Of a stretch of DNA of 64,000 nt, positions 56,081 through 64,000 are shown one piece after another. This stretch comes from Eledone cirrhosa. Its lineage: Eukaryota. Each line of letters begins with the position of its first letter. The stretch's first letter is position 1. Both the position numbers and the translations under genes were made by a program. The stretch covers positions 372,248,001 to 372,312,000 of the forward strand of contig OZ024741.1 in assembly GCA_964016885.1 (NCBI GenBank). Reading direction: 5' to 3'. The notes under the pieces are model-generated. The model was not told the DNA's origin. It made no database searches and saw only the letters and a list, made by a program, of their open reading frames with translations.

Positions 56081-56274
56081 CTTTACTACAATAACTACAA
56101 CTACAACTTAGATGAATTATAATATGAGATGTGAAAGGTTAGGAATAGTAAAGAGGATGTGGTTTATGTGTGAAGATGATGTTAGTAGTAGGGATGGCTA
56201 TACTTGGCCAACTATTTCAACTATTCACATTATAGGGGATAAACTTGAATCTCGTAGCTAAAGTAAATAAATGA

Positions 56275-56280
56275 AAGTGA

Positions 56281-56314
<34 letters not shown>

Positions 56315-56687
56315 GGTGGTGGTGGAGGTGGTGGTGGTGGTGGGAATGATGGGAATGATGATGATGGTGGTGGTGGTGGAGGTGGTGGTGGTGGTGGGAA
56401 TGATGGGAATGATGATGGTGGTGGGGGTGGTGATGTTGGTGATGGTGGTGGTAATGGCGATGGCGTTGATAATGGTGATGGTGGAGGTGGTGATAATGGT
56501 AATGATAGTGATGATGGTGATGATGGTGATGATGGTGATGATGGCGATGTTTGATGATGATGTTGGTGATGATGGTGATGATGGAGGAGATGATGATGGT
56601 AATGATGGTGATGATGGTGATGATGGTGATGATGGTGATGATGGAGATGATGATGGTAATGATGGTGATGTTGGTGATGATGGAGGA

Positions 56688-56724
<37 letters not shown>

Positions 56725-56925
56725 GTTATGGTGATGATAATGGTGGTGATGATGATAGGGATAATAATGATGGTGGAGGTGATAATGATAGCGATGATGA
56801 TGATAATGGTGGTTGTGATAATGGTAATGGTGGTGGCGATGGTGGTGATAATGGTGGCGATGGCGGTGATAATGGCGGTGATGGTGCTGATAATGGTAAT
56901 GGTGGTGGTGATGGTGGTGTTGGGT
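56275..56925. repeat. Compound (GAT)n/(GGT)n trinucleotide tract
   Basis: Direct inspection. Confidence 0.95.
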
Positions 56926-57395
56926 GGCATTGTTAGGAGTGTTGAGGATCATTAGGACGAAAGGGTGGGGGGTAATTATGTAAATACGCATTAAACCAGA
57001 TAAGGGGTACCAAATATTATATATAGACGTGGATGATAAATGTATATTTATAAATATATAATAAAGTATATATCCCTACACGCAAAAAGCGTCCAGGGAC
57101 ACATATATTTATCTTTAAAATGGAAGGCCGCAAGGACTGTCCATTTATTTTTGAGACTCGAAACCGATTCGGTAAAGGTAACCATAGTGAATACAGTGAA
57201 TTTTTTGAAATTTATTTTGAAACTTTTTCTTATTTGCTAAACCTTGATTATATTTATATATATATATATATTAGAAAATGAGGTTTTTTTTACATAATGA
57301 AAATAAAATGAGGTGTCCTACACGAGTGAAAGTATAAGGAAAAAAGATGAAGTCGAAAATGCAAATGGAGTCTTTTTAAGAATATTTATTTGGTT

Positions 57396-57432
57396 CCTTT
57401 ACCGGTTTCGCAGTTCTTGTGCTTTTCAAAAG
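57396..57432 (-). ncRNA. Minimal hammerhead, family A copy
   Basis: Reverse complement of cctttaccggtttcgcagttcttgtgcttttcaaaag, with one stem II mismatch. Confidence 0.55.
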
Positions 57433-57548
57433 TAGAGTTGAGATGGAGGGTCTGTGGTTTTTCTCACATCTGGAAAACCGGTAAAGGAACCAAATAAATA
57501 TTCTTAAAAAGACTCCAGTCGCATTTTCGATTCATCTTTTTCCTTATT

Positions 57549-57592
<44 letters not shown>

Positions 57593-57848
57593 AGGGTATG
57601 TGTGTGTGTGTGTGTGCATTTATATGTATATCAATATATGTATATATGTAAATATGCATATGTATATATATATATATATATATATTTATTAAAATAACAG
57701 ATTAAAGTTTAAGCAAAGAATCGCTGCTTTCACCCTATATTTAAATAAATATTTGCTCTACGGTTCTTATATATTTGATATATATTTATCCTTCTCGAGC
57801 CCTCTTTGGATTTTAGTCTTCAAATTTATTATTATTACTATATATATA

Positions 57849-58036
57849 GGGCGGTGAATTGGCAGTATCGGTACAGGGTTGGACGCCATGCTTTCTAGCA
57901 TAGTTACGTCCCTTTACGGTCTGAGTTCAAATCCCGCCGAGGTTAACTTTGCCTTTCATCCTTACGGGGTCGATAAAATAAAGTACCAGTAATATACTGG
58001 GTAATTGCTGGCCTTGTGCCTAAAGTAGAAACAATT
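57849..58036 (+). mobile_element. tRNA-derived SINE
   Basis: Consensus match, full length. Confidence 0.9.
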
Positions 58037-58168
58037 ATTACTATATATATATATAGATATATACTTGTATATATGTATATGTACATATGTATATATATAT
58101 ATGTGTGTGTGTATATATATATATGTGAGTATAATTATAAGTACATAAATATTTGTATATGTATATAT

Positions 58169-58203
<35 letters not shown>

Positions 58204-58325
58204 TATATATGTATATGCACACACACACTCATATATATATATGTATATGTATGTGTATATATTTATATGTATATATTTATATGTATATATGTATATATTT
58301 ATATGTATACATGTATATATATATA

Positions 58326-58359
<34 letters not shown>

Positions 58360-58984
58360 TATATATACATGTATACATTAAATATATACATATATACATA
58401 TAAATATATACATATACACATACATATACATATATACATATATAAATATATATATATATATATAGAGAGAGAGATGTGTGTGTATATGTGTGTGTATGTA
58501 TATGTATGTATCGTAAATACACAGACCTCTACCATCGCTACCACAATGATATATGCTCGGGCAGTGTCGGAGTACGATCTCCGACGTGCAGAACTCCAGT
58601 CGTGTGTCACTCTACGGATAGATTAGAGAAAGTGTTAACCCAGTGGATAGCGAGGGAGGCACATTGAAATAGCCATTCCAACTCACCAGGCTCTCTCAAG
58701 CGGGTTACGAACTCAATCCCGATAACAGTGAATAGAAAACGCGTTCCAGGATCAAGAACGCTAGAAGTCTCTATCGCTAGAGTTTCAACGACACACCTAT
58801 TGGGAACTGGCCGATACTTTAACAGCTTGCGATCTTCAATTTGTCGACTACTTGTGTCTATCCTTGTTATATGGTAAATTATGTGGTTGTGCCACCATGT
58901 GTTTTTGTTGCATCGGTTTTTTTAGTTGCTCATTGGAAACTTGCCCAAGATAACAATTACAATTTGTAGGACATTGTAAAGGTA

Positions 58985-59162
58985 GATTGGCAGTATCTGT
59001 AGAGGGTCAGATGCCATGCTTTGCAGCATAGGCCCTTTACGAACTGAGTTCAAATCCCGCCAAGGTTAACTTTGCCTTTCATCCTTACTGGGTCGATAAA
59101 ATAAAGTACCAGTAATGCAATTGAATAATTGCTGGCCTTGTGCCAAAAGTAGAAACAATTAT
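58985..59162 (+). mobile_element. tRNA-derived SINE
   Basis: Consensus match. Confidence 0.8.
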
Positions 59163-59682
59163 TGTTATATTCACCAGATTTCTGCCAGAGGAGAATATTA
59201 CCTAGAATCATTATCATCATCATTGGCACCACAGTCGAACATTCCTGACAAAGTCTCTCCACAATTCACAAGTTTCCATTTCTCCTGGCAACTACTCCCT
59301 ATTAAGATTTGTATCGCCTGAGAGTTGATCGATAAAGGTTCAAGCAGGTCTTCCGCTACTTCATTTCCTGTGAGTTAGTTCCCATAATAGTAACTTGTGT
59401 ATAACTTCCTGCTTACTTCTCCAGCAATGTCCTGTACATCATAACCGCCTTTGAACAGTTGTAGTTGTTATCTTGGGCAAGTTTCAACTGATCAACTGAA
59501 AAAAAACAACAAAAACATGATGGCGCAACCATAATTCGCCATAGCGCTTCGCTCGTCGCGCAGGTCAATAAGAAGCGCACCCACTGATAGAAAACTAAAT
59601 CAAGGTAAAAAATAGGTTGCTGGATCTCTACTGAAATGCATGAAATTTATAGATATAACTTCTTTCAACACTAGGACCCTGA

Positions 59683-59892
59683 ATAATTGTGGCACAAGGC
59701 CACAATTTGGGGGGAGGGGAAAGTCGATTAAATCGACCCCAGTGCGTGACTGGTGCTTCTTTTTATCGACCCCGTAAGGATGAAAGGCAAAATTAACCTC
59801 GGCGGGATTTTGACTCAGGCCGTAAAGGGCCGTAACTCTATGCTGCAAAGCATGGCGTCCGACCCTCTACCGATACTGCCAATCTACCGCCC
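59683..59892 (-). mobile_element. tRNA-derived SINE
   Basis: Consensus match, full length. Confidence 0.85.
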
Positions 59893-60087
59893 TTAGGACC
59901 CTAAATAATACTAGGAAAGTAAATGAACTTACAGCACTCTGCGATCTTTACAAACTGGAAATTACATGTGTACAAGAACATCGCAAACCTGTCAAACCTC
60001 CCCGTCTGACGGGGAGACCTGCCACCTACTTTGGGGTGGGTGTGATATGTCTTCTCTTGTCAAAATGGGTATAACTTTCATTATGTA

Positions 60088-60271
60088 GAATTGGCAGTAT
60101 CGGTAGAGGGTCGGACGCCATGCTTTGACGCATAGAGTTACGGCCCTTGCCATTCTGAGTTCAAATCCCGCCGAGGTTAACTTTGCCTTTCATCCTTACG
60201 GGGTCGATAAAATAAAGTACCAGTAATCTACTGAGTAATTTCTGGCCTTGTGCCAAAAGTAGAAACAATTA
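60088..60271 (+). mobile_element. tRNA-derived SINE
   Basis: Consensus match. Confidence 0.85.
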
Positions 60272-60880
60272 TGTAAAATCTCCCCATTTTGCCTCATTTC
60301 TCCGCTTTTGGGAGCACTTTTTTCTATGGTACTCTCTGTTTGGGTCTTTTAGAGGTTGATATGTCTGACATCGTTATTACCATCCTGGTGATATTACCCA
60401 ACTAAAATATAATGGGAAATAGTGATGATAATCGCTTCGGCGGCCATAAACCCGGACGCCGCCGCCTGCAACGTAAAAGAGCGGAAAATGACAAAATACC
60501 ATTCACTGATTTGTGTCCTCAGACCATGGACTGACGTTCGGAGGAAGGCATTCTTTTGAGGAAGGGACCATGTGGATTACACGGACTAATGTAGTGGGTG
60601 TCGCTGGTTGTTCTCCCTGCCATCTATTCCTCGCAGGGGGCCTCGGTCCTTTTTTTCCCTCTCCAAGAATACTTTACCCGATTTTCTCAACTATTATTTA
60701 TAGTGTGTGTATTGTATGCATTGTGTGAATGTTGTGTGTATTGTGTATGTATATATGTATATATATGTATGTGTGTGTGTGTGTGTGTGTGTACACACTA
60801 TTATTATGGTCATTTGCGTTGGGACACACACATTCTAAATATATGTGTATATATTTTAAATGTGTGCGTAATGTATATAT

Positions 60881-60942
<62 letters not shown>

Positions 60943-61549
60943 CTATGTGTATGTGTATATCTATATACATATATGTATGTGTGTATGCGTGTGTATATAT
61001 ATGTGTCTATATGTGCGCTCGATTGAGAGTGCAAATAAATATATGGATGTATTTGCTCATGAAGTATCACAGAGGACTTGGTAAAATCAATGCGTTGTGT
61101 CCTTTAATTCTAGAATGCAGCCAAACTGGTGCCATATGTAAGTGTTTTGGTATGGAATCTATTCTACTGAGAGGATAATCGTGGCGCCAATGTAGCCGAA
61201 ACTCTCGGGTAAAAACCCTTTAAGTTTGCGCCCTTGAGGTAACGGACATATGGTATCCATGCACATACATACATCACACACACACACAATACGCACAACA
61301 CATACAATATATACACACACGCACAGTACATACAACACATACGGTGAAGTCACGTGACCTAGTTGCTACGCTGTTGGACTGATCAAACAGTTGTGAGTTC
61401 GATTCTCAGACAGCGCAGCTCGTTATGTCCTTGAGCAAGATGTTTCCTTTACCGTTACTTTTCATTTGGGGTGCAACTTCGTGGGAGGTCAGCTAATCTT
61501 GCTTAAGTGTGGGTTGTGAATTTCGTTTTTTTTTCCATTTTTACACACG

Positions 61550-61652
<103 letters not shown>

Positions 61653-61713
61653 GCACGCATACGCACACACACACACACACACGCACGCACGCACGCACGC
61701 ACACGCACGCACA

Positions 61714-61760
<47 letters not shown>

Positions 61761-62111
61761 ACACACACACACACACATTTACAAACATATACACGCGTGA
61801 GTGTACATAGATACACACAAATATAGATATATGAGAATGGATACGGTTGTGTGTATCAAGCGAAAACTTCGTTTTGAAATTACAAATACGGATCATAGTA
61901 AAAGTACAGGACTCTGCAGAATATTGGGAAGTACAAATATAGTTTTACTGATCGTTATTGGTTTATCAGGAATATTTTGTTAATCCGCTGGAATGAGTGA
62001 GAGGGAGAAAAGGAGCAACCGCAGCAGTAGAGAAAGAGGTTTATGATACAAATATATATGTGTTTGTGTGTGTGTGTATATGCGTCTGTGTTTGTGTGTA
62101 TGTATATATGC

Positions 62112-62173
<62 letters not shown>

Positions 62174-62203
62174 ATAGATATATATATATATATATATCTA
62201 TCT

Positions 62204-62290
<87 letters not shown>

Positions 62291-62618
62291 AAAGAATAGA
62301 GGTGTAATACACAAGTTATTATATATTGGTAAACGGAATAGAAAATGCTGACAAATTGTTCACAGTTGAAAAATGGTTTAATTGGGAATAAAAGTGTATT
62401 AGTGATTGTATGGGTTAGTATTCAGTTGTGGTTTTAAGTTTTTAAGTTTTTACCGGTTGCGCATTTCTAAATGCTTTTCAAAAATAATTTTGAGATAGAG
62501 TGTCCGTGTTGTTTGCTCTGATCTGAATACTAGCCCATACAATCACTAATACTCTTTTATTCCTAATTAAACCATTTTTCAACTGTGAACAATTTGTCAG
62601 CATTTTCTATTCCGTTTA

Positions 62619-62698
<80 letters not shown>

Positions 62699-63124
62699 GT
62701 CAAAGTTTATAAAATAATTCATAAACATGATCTACCAATCATTGAGAAAGAGGATTCATTACCGAAATATTTGATTAGACAGTAATACAGAGTGACTGTA
62801 ACTTCGATGTTTCGTCGGTAACAGCTCGTCGGGCAGTAAGTTAGTGCGGCAAGTGGAATAAGTGTATATAGTAGTCCCGTCGGCAAAGAAGGGGTCACTG
62901 GATAGTATTATTCCCCTACTTTTCAATGGGGCATTCTAATTTAGAAAAATAGAATTTGTATAAAATGTCATAAAACGTGTTCTTTGTGAAAGAGGGGCCA
63001 CCCAGAATCTTCTAAAACTGTCCCCATGGATCAAAGCCTGAAGACAAGCCTACCGCTACCTCTACCACCACCATTACCCCCACTACTACCACCACTACAA
63101 TCACCTTTAACACAACTTCCACCA

Positions 63125-63950
63125 CCAGATTGACATGTGCAGCCAGGTTGGAAGTGGTATCACGGCAGGCAAGTGTAGAATCAGTCGGCTGGAATTTGCA
63201 GACGACATTGTATTACTTAACTTGACATGTGATCTCCAAATTGCACTTGATAGGTTTGATGCCGAGTGTTGCATGGTTGAAATGAAAATCAGTGCTGCGA
63301 AAACTGAGTCACGCATCCCCCAAGGACGCCTGCGCAGTGCACTATACATATGAATGGAGTTCCACTGAAGCAGGTGGAGAAGTATCTTGGGGCCATGTTC
63401 ACAAGTGATGGAAGGCAGGACACTGAATTAAATGCAAAAATTGCAGGAGCTGGTGCTCTAATGCACCAGCTTTAGTATTCGGTAATCAGAAGAAGGGGAG
63501 TAGGCGTAAAAGCAAAATTCCCTATCTTCAATTCGGTAATTGTGCCTGGTCATGAATATTGGGTAATAACCGAATGAATATGATTTCGAATACAAGCGAC
63601 CGGAATGGGTTTCCTCTGAAGGGTCTCTCGAATAACGTTACTCGAAAGAGTTCGTAGCTTGGAGATCAGCGAATCGCTCTAGGTGGTCGCTGCTTTTCCG
63701 AATTGAGAGGTCACAGCTCTGCTACTACGGGCATGTGGTTAGAATGTTTCAGGAAAGAATTGCTGGACAAATTTTACTGGCAAAACCAACCTACAGGAGA
63801 CCTAGGGATAGTCCCCGAGCAAAATGAGCTGAGCTGGTCTCGCTTGGGGATTCAGCCGGATCAATGGGAATGGTTGCTTCTGACAGGATCCACTAGAAGG
63901 TGTATTTGAGGACTCTACCACCCATGACCCTCTCAGGATTAAATGGGCGA
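63125..63950 (+). mobile_element. RTE-clade LINE fragment, decayed
   Basis: LEFADDIVLL, MKISAAKTE, KYLG-like and GHVVRM remnants. Confidence 0.8.
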
Positions 63951-64000
63951 AGAAGTACGCACACACACGCACACGCACACACACACGCACACGCACACGC

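Overview
AT-rich, microsatellite-saturated animal genomic DNA. It is probably an octopod cephalopod, inferred from the abundant tRNA-derived SINE. Most of the ORF track is microsatellite artefact. One host coding exon is visible (26889-28728, +): an eh1/TN motif (MLTPFSIENILTR) followed by low-complexity Q/H/D/E/T/N tracts, probably exon 1 of an NK3/bagpipe-like homeobox gene whose homeobox exon I could not find in the window. The rest is mobile DNA: a near-complete Penelope-like element (RT + GIY-YIG), two Tx1/L1-like LINEs, R4/CRE-type and RTE fragments, a decayed Helitron plus two Helitron 3' derivatives, MITEs and about 17 SINE copies. The main find is a dense population of hammerhead-ribozyme (HHR) motifs from several distinct families. 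The most notable is a near-perfect 6.5 x 423-bp tandem array (13064-15821) with one type-I HHR per unit, i.e. a non-LTR retrozyme-like or Penelope pLTR multimer predicted to release 423-nt RNA monomers or circles. There are also U3-A8 core-variant HHRs, one directly 5' of the Penelope ORF. All structures were folded by eye, and ribozyme activity is inferred, not shown.
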